A stretch of 63,414 nucleotides of DNA, counting the filler, from Octopus bimaculoides (Eukaryota): assembly GCF_001194135.2 (NCBI RefSeq). It is 6 parts of 6 records of this genome, joined end to end, with 100 filler letters (N's around TTAATTAATTAA, not from the genome) between each part and the next. Parts side by side here need not be neighbours in the genome. Positions count along the whole stretch, not along the records: positions 32,132 to 44,071 come from NC_068991.1; positions 44,172 to 54,204 come from NC_068990.1; 4 more parts are not named here. The stretch is one strand, 5' to 3'. Below the pieces are notes generated by a model. That model saw only the letters and a program-made list of their open reading frames with translations. It did not search any database and had not been told where the DNA came from. Shown piece after piece: positions 33,814-46,494 of the stretch; the first letter of the stretch is position 1, and each line of letters opens with the position of its first letter. A program made the translations under genes and the position numbers.

Positions 33814-35324
33814 CCATATNNNNNNNNNNNNNNNNNNNNNNNNNNNNNNNNNNNNNNNNNNNNNNNNNNNNNNNNNNNNNNNNNNNNNNNNNNNNNNNNN
33901 NNNNNNNNNNNNNNNNNNNNNNNNNNNNNNNNNNNNNNNNNNNNNNNNNNNNNNNNNNNNNNNNNNNNNNNNNNNNNNNNNNNNNNNNNNNNNNNNNNNN
34001 NNNNNNNNNNNNNNNNNNNNNNNNNNNNNNNNNNNNNNNNNNNNNNNNNNNNNNNNNNNNNNNNNNNNNNNNNNNNNNNNNNNNNNNNNNNNNNNNNNNN
34101 NNNNNNNNNNNNNNNNNNNNNNNNNNNNNNNNNNNNNNNNNNNNNNNNNNNNNNNNNNNNNNNNNNNNNNNNNNNNNNNNNNNNNNNNNNNNNNNNNNNN
34201 NNNNNNNNNNNNNNNNNNNNNNNNNNNNNNNNNNNNNNNNNNNNNNNNNNNNNNNNNNNNNNNNNNNNNNNNNNNNNNNNNNNNNNNNNNNNNNNNNNNN
34301 NNNNNNNNNNNNNNNNNNNNNNNNNNNNNNNNNNNNNNNNNNNNNNNNNNNNNNNNNNNNNNNNNNNNNNNNNNNNNNNNNNNNNNNNNNNNNNNNNNNN
34401 NNNNNNNNNNNNNNNNNNNNNNNNNNNNNNNNNNNNNNNNNNNNNNNNNNNNNNNNNNNNNNNNNNNNNNNNNNNNNNNNNNNNNNNNNNNNNNNNNNNN
34501 NNNNNNNNNNNNNNNNNNNNNNNNNNNNNNNNNNNNNNNNNNNNNNNNNNNNNNNNNNNNNNNNNNNNNNNNNNNNNNNNNNNNNNNNNNNNNNNNNNNN
34601 NNTATATATATATATATATGTATTATACATCGTTGCATAAGTCTTGTTAGATTTGTCTGTAACTGTAAGACTATACACCGCTGACGAGGGCTAATAATAG
34701 CAAAACATCTCCGGAAACGATACATTACTATCAACTATAAGAACGTACTTTCTCACATGCTTACCTACATTATATTACTAATTACCCTTAATATATTTAC
34801 ATTTAATGTTATATTCTCTGTTGTGCTTGACATTAATTAACTATTGAATTTTACTCCGCACCAGGTATGTACTTTTAATTAAGGGAAATTTCTTGGGTTA
34901 CTATATTAATTATATCGCCACCGACATCACTCCATACCAGATATTTTTCATTTCTCCAATGATTTCACAAATTGCTATTTTTATTTAACCTGCTCAAAGG
35001 CTTTCAAAACAGAGTATAAGATTGTTCCTACGATGGTAACTTTAGTAATAGTATAATACCAGCTGGGTGGTATTGACAGCGTTTTATGCTTTTTTTGTTT
35101 TTGTTTTTGTTTTTGTAACTCCCTTTCGGGTTTTAATATCATTAATTAACGTAAGGAAAATTGTTGGCATCCGATCCTCAGTAAAGCAACTTGTGAACAT
35201 TTCCTGTGGAACAAACAATCTTACCAACATATGCGGTTAATCATGCATATCTCTGATCATATTCAAATACTTCTATACTAGTATACACACACACATACTC
35301 ACATACACACACATGCACACATGC

Positions 35325-35376
<52 letters not shown>

Positions 35377-36194
35377 GAAATATGTTACAAAAACAAAATA
35401 GAAACTACACGTGGAAATGTAAGGGAAAAGTAAGAAGAAAAATAAGTGAAAGTGCACATTGGAAATCAAAAAATGTAAAGGCTTTTTATGAAAAGTAACG
35501 ATAGATATATACAATTAGATGAACATATATATATAAGAAATGATATATTTACGCAGTCTACCGGTTTCGTTTGTGCTGATCATGACCAAGACTTTTGAAG
35601 TTTGTGGTTATGTTACAATTTGATTCTACCATCAGAAATGTTTATTCCATGCAAATAGGAGAAAGGATATTCTATAATGTGTGTGTGTGTGCGTGAATGC
35701 GCGCGCTTGTGTATGTGTACGCGTATGCGTGTACTTGTGTGTACTTATATATGTATGTATACTTAGTGGTTCCGAGGTCAGGTTTTTAGCCGTACGTCCT
35801 TGTATATAACGAGTTTAGTATATATCCAGTTAACTGTGTTTTGAGAGTTAAATATTTTGATCGAGAACATAGCATACTATCAGTTATATATTATCAAACA
35901 TAACTCTTTTTTAAAGCCATTTAATCAGTCATACGAAGCCCGGATAATTAATTGCTGTTGTAATTTGTGAAAGCTTCATTATGATTTAGGAGACACGGCG
36001 AGTTCAAGAAATAGATTTGCAATGAACTTGCCAAATTCTAATAAAATTTAGTAAAATGTCTTAGAATTTTCCTTTTCTTTTTTTTACTTTGTCTAATGAA
36101 AACTCGTATATCGATATGCTCTATATCGCAACTGCCCAAAACACTCACCAACTTTTATTCGGATCCTTTGAATATTTCGTGAATTCATAGGTCA

Positions 36195-36308
36195 TGGTGC
36201 AGTGGCCTAATGGTTAGGACAGCGGATTCGCAGTCGTAGGATCGCGGTTTCGATTCCAGAGCCGGGCGTTGTGAGTGTTTATTGAGCGAAAGCACCTAAA
36301 GATTCATG
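36195..36308 (+). mobile_element. Family A SINE, 5' fragment
   Basis: GTGCAGTGGCCTAATGGTTAGGACAGCGG..GGGCGTTGTGAGTGTTTATTGAGCG matches the head of the 2475 copy. Confidence 0.85.
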
Positions 36309-36923
36309 AATCTAGAAAGGAAGTGTTCATTTATGGCACAAGACTTGGATAAGTATTTCTTTTTTCTATTTATTTTATTTTTGTTTTTTGTTTTGACCAG
36401 TTGTTGCTCATTTCTGTGTTACCGATGTTGTCCAATGGAACCACGGCGTGACATTTGTATCATCACAGGCATTAGCAATAGAATGCAAAGAGCCACAGTA
36501 GAATATGTAAGATATCTCGTCCAACGTCCTAAATATTTTGCCTATGCACCTATCTTTACCTACTAAATTTTTCGATCCTTCCATGTGATTTCCATGGGAC
36601 TCACCACAGAGCGCAGGCAACTGAGATACTATTTAGTTATGTATTTACACAGCAGCAAGCCCAATATTTTATTAAAATTCGAATAGCATATACATAACTA
36701 AGCAATGGCGTGAAAATACTAATCATAAAGCTATCCATCACATTTCAACTCTCATTCACATCATGTAAGTCTGGTTGCAGTATTTGTTTATCAACAATTA
36801 TCTCTTATATCATAACTTCAACAACTACATCACCCTGTCTATGACTTCTGTATATTTATGCCTCAGGCTTACTTATCCCACAGTCGTGAGAATACCTAAT
36901 ATCTTAATACTGATTCATGAAAA

Positions 36924-37333
36924 GCGGAAGGCGGTGAGCTGGCAGAAACGTTACCACGCCGGGCGAAATGCTTAACGGTATTTCGTCTGCCGTTATGTTC
37001 TGAGTTCGAATTCCGCCGGGATCGACTTTGCCTTTCAACCTTTCGGGCTCAATTAAATGAGTACTAGTTACGCACTGGGATCGACTTAATCCGTTTGTCT
37101 GTCCTTGTTTGTCCCCTCTTGTTTGACCCCCTTGAGGGCTGTAAAGAAATAAGAAACGTTAGCAGGCCGGGCGAAATGCTTAGCAGTATTTCGTCTGCCG
37201 TTACGTTCTGAGTTCAAATTCCGCCGAAGTCGACTTTACTTTTCATCCTTTCGGGGACGAAAAATTAAGTACCAGCTGCGTACTGGAATCGATCTAATCG
37301 ACTGACCCCCAACTCCCCAAAAATTTCGGAAAT
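36924..37333 (+). mobile_element. Dimeric family C (Nin/Deu-domain-like) SINE
   Basis: Two monomers, each with GACTTTGCCTTTCATCCTTTCGGGG..AAGTACCAG-like cores. 13-bp TSD TGATTCATGAAAA at 36911-36923 and 37334-37346. Confidence 0.87.
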
Positions 37334-38315
37334 TGATTCATGAAAATAACATATTACGTTATATCATATAATATATGGGTGTGCGTGTGTGTGTATATAA
37401 ATATATGCAGAAAATTTGGGGTTTAGAGACATAAGAAATAATTGCTTTTTGTATATAGGTGCTGATATTTTCTTTAATTCAGAGCAATTCTTTAATTCCA
37501 AACAATTTCGCTGTATTTCAGCCACTTCTATCATGTTTTAGTTAAATACTACATCAAGGACCAAACTATGCAGTGAGTAATTAAAGGGAGGGTGGGATGT
37601 CGTTTCTAGAACGGCATGCTATCACGTAAATGAGCTGAGAGTTTTCATTGGCTTGTTCATTCACACAAGAGCTGATCACTCATTACTTCGGGATGTATAT
37701 TCGGTTATATGTGCCTTATAAATAAATTGTTCAGATCAGGTTATTTCATCCAATTTTAGAAACACTACCATTGCACCACCACTAACTGAGTAATCACAGA
37801 ATCAACAACACAACTAAAATGGTTTACACCAACTGACCATTTAACGCCTAGTTTTCCAGCTTACCATTAATCTTAACTGTCTGTTGTAATTACAAACATT
37901 TTGAAATGTCGAAGCCACGTTTCCTGTATTCTAATAACTGGTTTATGCAAACAAACCTGTTAATAATACGATTGACATTCTAGGGGACATTCAAACCATT
38001 TATTATTAAACTTTTTACAGAAGGCATGGATGAGTTTCAAAATATATTATGAATTGAAAAAATCTGTTTCAAAAATTAATTTTACTCTAACCTAAACGTA
38101 TTGTTATCCAGCTTCATCCTTATATGCTCATATAACATTGTAACATTTTAGAATAAAATGTTGTGCCCCAAAATATATACATAAACACAAATGTATCTGT
38201 ATATATGTATCTGTGTATGTCTTTCTGTATGTATCCTTATATATGTCTGTCTGATTGTCTGTCTGTGTTTGTGGGTAGGCGCAGACGTGGATATGTGGTA
38301 AGAAGCTTGCATCTT

Positions 38316-38544
38316 AGGCGAACTGGCAGAAACGTTTTCACGCCGGACGAAATGCTTAGCGGTATTTCGTCTGTCTTTAACGTTCTGAGTTCAAATTCCG
38401 CCGAGGTTGACTTTGCCTTTTATCCTTTCGGGGTCAATGAATTAAGTACCAGTTATGCACTGCGGTGGATCTAATCGACTTAATCCCATTGTCTGTCCTT
38501 GTTTGTCCCCTCTATGTTTAAGCCCCTTGTGGGCAATAATGAAA
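38316..38544 (+). mobile_element. Family C monomer inserted in the head of a family B SINE
   Basis: 17-bp near-identical TSD TAAGAAGCTTGCATCTT (38299-38315) / TAAGAAGCTTCCTTCTT (38545-38561). Confidence 0.85.
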
Positions 38545-38671
38545 TAAGAAGCTTCCTTCTTACCACACAGTCCCACTGTGTGGTACCGTGGCAAGTGGTT
38601 TCTACTATGAACTAGGCCGACCAAAGCCTTGAGAGTGGATTTTGTAGACGGAAACTGAATGAAGACCGTTG

Positions 38672-38705
<34 letters not shown>

Positions 38706-39076
38706 CGTGTGTGTGTGTGTGTGTGTGTNNNNNNNNNNNNNNNNNNNNNNNNNNNNNNNNNNNNNNNNNNNNNNNNNNNNNNNNNNNNNNNNNNNNNNNN
38801 NNNNNNNNNNNNNNNNNNNNNNNNNNNNNNNNNNNNNNNNNNNNNNNNNNNNNNNNNNNNNNNNNNNNNNNNNNNNNNNNNNNNNNNNNNNNNNNNNNNN
38901 NNNNNNNNNNNNNNNNNNNNNNNNNNNNNNNNNNNNNNNNNNNNNNNNNNNNNNNNNNNNNNNNNNNNNNNNNNNNNNNNNNNNNNNNNNNNNNNNNNNN
39001 NNNNNNNNNNNNNNNNNNNNNNNNNNNNNNNNNNNNNNNNNNNNNNNNNNNNNNNNNNNNNNNNNNNNNNNNTATG

Positions 39077-39145
<69 letters not shown>

Positions 39146-39305
39146 ATTTATATATATATTATATATGTGCGTATGTATGAGTGTACGGATGTATATATCC
39201 ACATGCATATATGTGTATATCTTTAATGTATATACACTCACATTCATACAGATATACACGGATGCATATGCGCATACATGTATCAACATCGCTGCACATA
39301 GATGC

Positions 39306-39358
<53 letters not shown>

Positions 39359-39709
39359 AACAGACATACAAAACCACATCACACTCCCACACATACAAAC
39401 ACACGCACACACATACTCCCACACATACAAACATACCCAGAAGCACATATACATATTCTGAATTAAAAAAATAAAAGAAATACGTTTCTGATGGAAGAAA
39501 AATCGTAGTCAAGATGGATACTCCAAGTGTAATTTAAATAAATGTTATCTGACAGGAAATATGTCATCAGTATATTCACTAATTACAGAACATTTGCAAG
39601 TTGCACTTTATGTATTATATTTCTCCATCAATCTCCCTACCTATCTAACCAGATAGCTGTCTCGCCTGTTTCTCTGTTTCTCTGTATCTCTCTCTCGTTC
39701 TTTCTTTCT

Positions 39710-39740
<31 letters not shown>

Positions 39741-40474
39741 ACTCTCTCAGCCTTTCACTCCACACACAAACACACACACGCATGCACGTATATATCGTAT
39801 ATACATTATATGTGTTTATACAACTGTGTATATCTAATTATATATATAAATATATGTAAGCATGTCTTTATGTGTGTATGTATGTATGTATGTATGTATG
39901 TATGTATGTATGTGTGTGTGTGTGCGTGTGAGTGTACGTGTGTGCATCTATATGTTTCATGTGTGTTTACGTATACATTTAGCAAGAAAACGAAAGAAAG
40001 AAAGAACGAAAGGAACAAAGAACAAAAGAAAGACAGAAAAACAGGGATAAGGATACGTAAGGGACCATATGGGAGTACATGGTCTAAGATTTATATCTAC
40101 AAATGTCAGTGTGTGCCGCGTGCGATGGTCATCTGCGCCGGATGGATTGAAGTCGTATCTGTTAGAATTGAGAAAAATGTCCGCTCCAATGCACCTCTCG
40201 TCCAACAATGCATCGCAACTTGTGATGTATGAGATTTTTTTTTCCCACACGCATTAAACTGAAGTCAAGGAATTAAGATTATGTAATCAGATGGTTTATC
40301 ATGCTAACTTTCAGTAAGAACTGCGGTTGACCATCGACTGCGGCTTCGAGCACAAAAATGACAAAATAGGAAGGCATTTGCTCAATATATCGGCGTAATC
40401 CTCATTTGTGGTTGCCGCAATTAAGACTGGTATTTTCTCATAAGTTATCACGTCGCAAACCTGGCTTCGGTATT

Positions 40475-40769
40475 ACTGGCTTTGCCTCAGTTACGACCAC
40501 AAGGGATCCAGTGGATCCAATCAAAGGAACAGCTCGCTCGTGAAATTAACGCGCGAATGGCTGAGCATTTCACAGGCACGCGTAAAGGGATTCACCGTAA
40601 CACAGAATGTGACAAGGCTGGTCCTTGGTCCTTTAAAATACTGGTACCCATTTTCGTGAGCTGAGATGACTGGAGCAAAGGGAAACAAGCTCGAGCACAC
40701 AACGCGAATCGAACTCACGACCTTACGAGCGTGAGACCAAAGCCCTAGCCACTAAGCCAGGCACTTTCA
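40475..40769 (-). mobile_element. Family A' SINE, diverged
   Basis: Colinear with 21757-22083. Confidence 0.75.
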
Positions 40770-40950
40770 AGGCGTCAGGTGACAGAAATGAGAGGTGGCA
40801 TAGAAAAAGAGGAGGAAAAAGTGGAAGGAAAAGAAATCATAACCTTCTCCTAAGATGGACAGAATCCTTCGACGATGACACAATAAGTGTCGTTAGAATG
40901 TGAATGAAGGGACGAAGCAAGCAATCTATAATTAAATCTAGCAATATAGA

Positions 40951-41048
40951 AAATTAGAAATGATCTAATTATAAATCTCACAGAGATTTATCGTAACACT
41001 GCTGCTTAATTCTCTCTGTGAGATTTATAATTAGATCATTTCTAATTT
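40951..41048. repeat. Perfect 36-bp inverted repeat with a 26-nt loop
   Basis: AAATTAGAAATGATCTAATTATAAATCTCACAGAGA (40951-40986) is the exact reverse complement of 41013-41048. Confidence 0.95.
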
Positions 41049-41132
41049 ATGTAATCAGTGAATGTGTTTTCACTAAAAATATATATATTTGCGAGGGTTT
41101 GACATGCATTTTCAACTAGGTAGTGTTGCTAC

Positions 41133-41175
41133 TTCAGGCTGATGACGAGCAACGACTCAGAAACATGTCCCTGAA
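41133..41175 (+). ncRNA. Minimal type I hammerhead ribozyme motif (Penelope/retrozyme-like)
   Basis: TTCAGG-CTGATGA-CGAG caacga CTCA-GAAA-CATG-TC-CCTGAA. It has a 6-bp helix I, the CUGAUGA and GAAA cores, a GUC cleavage triplet and a palindromic ACATGT helix III. The helix II closing pair is a C-A mismatch. Confidence 0.72.
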
Positions 41176-41369
41176 TGCACACTGAGCTGATTGGGGGTGC
41201 TTGTCTCCCCTCACAAATATAAGGACACAGGAAATGTGTCAAGGCCGACAGGAAGCGGTCCAGCTTCCTAGGGCTAAATAGCAGCAGTATGATTCCCTTA
41301 TTGGGACTTTCACATTGAGTTGACAGTATACAACTGCTTTAATATATAAAATTATTCAGCAAAGAATTA

Positions 41370-41673
41370 CTCGGGCCAACCAAAGCCTTGTGAGTGGATT
41401 TGGTAGACGGAAACTGAAAGAAGCTCGTCGTATATATGTATATATATATATGTGTATGTGTGTGTTTGTGTGTCTGTGTTTGTCCCCCCCCCAACATCGC
41501 TTGACAACCGATGCTGGTGTGTTTACGTCCCCGTAACTTAGCGGTTCGGCAAAAGACACCGATAGAATAAGTACTAGGCTTCCAAGGAATAAGTCCTGGG
41601 GTCGATTTGCTCGACTAAAGGCGGTGCTCCAGCATGGCCGCAGTCAAATGACTGAAACAAATAAAAGAGTAAA
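41370..41673 (+). mobile_element. Family B SINE, 5'-truncated, little diverged
   Basis: Close match to the 15455 copy from CTCGGGCC onward. Confidence 0.88.
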
Positions 41674-42071
41674 TTAATAAACGTATTTTATTTTGCGTGT
41701 AGTACAAATCAGCAGAAATTCGTTTTGGACGTGATATTTCGGGTTAAAAACCACTTTAAAAAACAGGAATGTACACTTAAAATGGGATTGCATTTTTTTG
41801 TCTTTTAAGTTATCCGGTAGCAGGCTACTTCTTAAAATTTGTCGAAGCTTCGCAAACGTCAAACAGTAAGACGTTGGAGTAAACGTGGAATAACGTGTGA
41901 GCTTCGGTGACATAAACAATGAAATCCTATTAGGATAATTCCAAAATACTTACCTCTCTTTCACTCCATTTTAGAAAATGATTGTCTGGCATTCTATGGC
42001 TTATTCTTTTATTCATAACTAAATTTAACAATTCAAACAAATTTTCTCACTGCGTGTATATAAATATGTAG

Positions 42072-42147
<76 letters not shown>

Positions 42148-42265
42148 GTGTGTGTGTGTGCTGCTGTGTGTATTTGAGAGCCTATGTGAATATGCATGTA
42201 TGTACGTATGTGTGTATGTATGTATATATGCATGTATGCAGAAATGTGTATATACATAGATACAA

Positions 42266-42315
<50 letters not shown>

Positions 42316-44071
42316 ATGTATGTATGTGTGTATGTATGTATATGTATATGGTGCATGATAGAGACGATGATCAATACATAAAGCCGAGCAAATACATTAT
42401 GTATGTGTGAATAATGTGTGGGTGTTTATTTTTTGTCTTCGTGATTTGGAGGCAGTCCTAAAATTCCATGTATTCTATAACATATACATGCATATTCGCA
42501 TTATTTATAAACAAATGTCTGTATAAAACTTGCGTCATTATATGTATGAATGTGTGTCTGTCTACACGAGTGCGTTTACGCGTCAGTGTGCCTGTGCGCG
42601 TTTGCGAGTGTATGCTAGTGTGTGAGAGCGCCTGCGTTTTTGTATAGCCATAACCATGTTGAAGATTTTTGTATAGAAATTAAGCACATAGGAAGATTGG
42701 TGTTTAAGAGAAACGAGATTCATCGGAATTAACAAGAATTCAATTTATTTCCGTTCTCTGTTGGAAACATAGATGTGTTCCCTATTATTCCTGATCTACT
42801 TGAACTTTGAAAATATTCTCTAATTCAATCATTAATTCCGAACATGTGACACCCTCTTTCGTTCTCTATTAAGCTATACGCTGTTAAATTTCTATGATAT
42901 TCATGTAATCATTATTCATTCTATTTTCAAATAGATTTCTTATTATCAAATAAATGACAAGGTCTTTCAAATTTAATTACCAAAGTGATTTTTTCAGAAA
43001 CGAATTCTTTTATTATCGATAAGATTTCTTTAAAATTTTTACAAAACATTTTATGTAAATCAAAAGTTTAATATCAATTATCAATATTTAAATTTGTTCG
43101 GAGAAAGGTTAACATTTATCTAACAATAAAACTTATTTGATATGATGCCTCATTTGTCACAGTAATATCTAAATAAGTTTCAATTATCACGTAATTTAAA
43201 TAACATAAATGTATAATGGAGAAAAAAGTCTCCTTATCGCCCTTCTAACTCAATTAACAACGTACCAAGTCATTTTAATGAATGTTAATGAACGTTAATA
43301 TTCTAAACAGAAATAAAATGATTAACAAAACTCATTTGATAATCTATTTTACAAACTTCATTCTTTAAACGTATGTAATTCAAATTTATAGACAAACATC
43401 ACTGAAGATGAAGGATTGGTTTCTGACTGCCTAAAATCATAAACTAGTTTCAAATCTCTGTCGCTGTTTTATTAATAATAGTAGTTTTCTTCTCATCAAT
43501 ATTGACCTATTGCCACTGCTTTGAAAGGTAAATAATCTCATTTAAGCATCTCCTGTTGTGACACGGTAACAAATAATTTTTAAAATCATTAAAATTTGAG
43601 TAAAGTAATAGTTGATTTTGTCGTATTATCTGCTTCTATGCAGTTAAAAAAAATAAAAGGAAATATCGGTCTGCTTAGAAGAAAGAAAATAATTATAACT
43701 TTGAGCTGACTTATTTATTGCTCCTCACCCCAGAGTATTTCTCTGAAGATGCACTTTTTCAATGAAGGCCCAAGTCTGCCTAAAATCTTAGATTTTTCTC
43801 CCACCGCGTCACACTTATATGCTTCGGTATTTTCTTGTATGTCAAGGAACTTTATAAAATATCAAAGTCACAGGTGGTTTAAGTTAATATGATACCGATA
43901 GAGTTGCGAAACGTTAATCGGTGCTATCTCAAGTAATTAAATGTGACCAACACTTTCCACATTTTTTCTTCTATTTTAACCAGCAGAACTCAAAAAACCA
44001 TCGCAGATGTGTATGCAGCTGGGAGGGGAAATCGTCTAATCACCATCCGTGAGTTTTCAGAGGATGTACAG

Positions 44072-44171
44072 NNNNNNNNNNNNNNNNNNNNNNNNNNNNN
44101 NNNNNNNNNNNNNNNTTAATTAATTAANNNNNNNNNNNNNNNNNNNNNNNNNNNNNNNNNNNNNNNNNNNN
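44072..44171. other. Artificial scaffold linker
   Basis: 44N-TTAATTAATTAA-44N. Confidence 0.97.
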
Positions 44172-44239
44172 ATATATATATATATATATACTTGTATACA
44201 TAAACATACATAAGTACATACATATATAGAATGGCTACA

Positions 44240-44650
44240 GGTGCAGGAGTGGCTGTGTGTTAAGAAGCCGCATGGGTCTGGGTTCAGTCCTACTGCCTGA
44301 TACCTTGGGCAAGTTTCTTCGACTATAGCCTTGGGCCAACCAAAACCTTGAGAGTGGATTTGGTAGACGGAAAATGAAAGAAGCCCGTCGTATATATATA
44401 TGTTTATGTGCGTGTGTGTGTGCATTTGTGTGTGTGTGTATTTGTGTGTTTGTGTTTGTCTCCCCCCCCCATCGCTTGACAACCACTGTTGGTGTGTTTA
44501 CATCCCTGTAACTTAGCAGTTATGCAAACAAGACCGATTGAATAAGTGCTAGGTTTACAAAGAATAAGAACTGGGGTCAATTTGTTCAACTAAAGGTGGT
44601 GCTCCAGCATGGCCACAGTCAAATGACTGAAAGAAGTATAAGAACACAAG
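44240..44650 (+). mobile_element. Full-length family B SINE
   Basis: Colinear with the 15455 copy. Confidence 0.87.
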
Positions 44651-44861
44651 AATACATAAATATACAGATAGATAGACAGATAGATAGATAGATAGATAGA
44701 TAGATGGATGGATGGATGGATGGATGGATGGATGGATGGATGGATGGATGGATATAAATATGTTTGGTGATAAGTTTGCTAAGTGCTAACACACGAAACC
44801 CTCAGCCCTTGAGTCACTCAGTTACTTCTGCCAAACATTAATATTAATAATAATAATAATA

Positions 44862-45310
44862 ATCCTTTCTACTAAAGACACAAAGCCTGAAATTTTGGGA
44901 GAGGGCAAAAGTCGGTCATATCAACACCAGTGTTTTACTGGTCCATATTTTATCAACCTGAAAAGGATGAAAGGCAAAGTTAATCTCAGCGGAATTTGAA
45001 CTCAAAACATAAGGAAGATTGAAATTCTGCTTAGTATTTTGCCCAGCCTGCTAACTATTCTGTGACCTTAATAATAATAATAATAATAATAATAATGGTT
45101 TCAAATTTTTCCACAAGGGCAGCAGTTTTGGGTGAGTGGATGAGTCGATTACATCGACCCCAGTGTTCAAACTGGTACTTATTTTACTGGCCCTGAAAGG
45201 ATGAAAGGCAGAGTTAACCTCAGCGGAATATTTGAACTCAGAACGTAAGGACAGACGAAATGGCGCTAAGTATTTTGCCCAGCCTGCTAACTATTTTGCG
45301 ACCCTAATGA
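44862..45310 (-). mobile_element. Two tandem family C SINEs separated and flanked by (TAA)n
   Basis: Two copies of ..GAAAGGATGAAAGGCA.AGTTAA.CTCAGCGGAAT..GCCCAGCCTGCTAACTATT. Confidence 0.85.
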
Positions 45311-45900
45311 CAATAATAAAATAATAATAATAATACACACACACACACATATTTACATATGTGAAAGTGAAAAGCCTAGTGATTAAGGGTTGTGGCTCTC
45401 ACAATCATGAGATTGTAGTTTCCAGTCTCAGACTGGCTACACAATGTGTTCTTAAGCAAGTTGCTCCAGTCTGGTCTGCTGTAATAGCGTCGTGACCCTG
45501 CAATGAAGTAGCTTTCCACTTAGACGATCAAGGGGAATGTTGGCCTGCTTGCTTGCCAAGCTTGTGGTGTGGCATATCATTCGAAAGCTAAAACGATGTG
45601 AAGTGCATTGTGATCAGCGGTGTATAACAACTTCCGATTGTCTAGTCGATACCATGATATTAACACGTAAGAATGTGCATGTGGCGTGTGTGTGTCTGTA
45701 ATTGGTTTTCCCAGAAAGTTTAGGACTCTGTGACAAGGGCATCAGGCCATAGAAAATCTGCCTCAACAAATTCCATCTAACCAATGCAAGCATGGAAAAA
45801 AGGAGACAACAAATGATGATGATAATGATCTCTTTTTGCTGTATAGATTCATAAGGACGAAGGCTCATCAAATGATAGGATGCCAGATATACAGATATAT

Positions 45901-46310
45901 CTCTTACTTGTTTCAGTCATTGGACTGCAGCCGTGCTGGAGCCACTGCTTTATCGGGTTAATTTGAACAAATTTAATCCAGTTGTTATTTTTATTTTTTT
46001 TTTTTTTTCAAAGTCGGGTATTTTTTCTACTGGTCTCTTTTGTTGATCTGCCAAACTTACAGGGAGATAAACAAACCAGTACCAGTTGTCAAATGATGCG
46101 GAGGGACAAACACAGACACACAAGACGCACACACACACACACACACACATACATACAAAAAGACACAGTTTTTGTCTACCAAATTCACTCACAAGGCATT
46201 GGTCAGCTCAGGGCTTTAACAAAAGACACTTGCTCAAAGATGATGCAGAGTGGGACTGAACCCTTAAACCACTCGGTTGCTAGGGAAGCTTCTTAAATAC
46301 ACAGCCATGT
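45901..46310 (-). mobile_element. Family B SINE, diverged
   Basis: Reverse complement of the family B consensus seen in the window. Confidence 0.8.
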
Positions 46311-46494
46311 GGTGAGTGTGTGTGTGTGTCTACATATTCCATGACTGACACACACTTAAATGAATACACATGCATATACACAAACACATTTAATGCACAT
46401 GTGCTTTTGCTTCACAAAGCTGTGGTTACCCGTTTGGTTACATTATGGATGTTTTGGGCAAATGAGAAAATATCTTTTATAACTTTGGTCTAGA

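Noticed and set aside
34678-34720. CCG-CTGACGA-GGGCTAATAATAGC-AAAACATCTC-CGG, possible second hammerhead relic
   Set aside because: At least three core defects (G12 missing, helix II closure lost, helix III G to C) and only a 3-bp helix I. Worth rechecking only if the 41133 family is confirmed.
40069-40257. ORF with an FN3-like look (VRWSSAPDGLKSYLLELR)
   Set aside because: The upstream sequence is purine-rich with no acceptor, the resemblance is superficial, and the opposite strand has equally plausible unrecognised frames.
40862-40915. Small stem GACAC-AATAA-GTGTC within a TCCTTC/GAAGG frame
   Set aside because: Neither strand retains both hammerhead cores.
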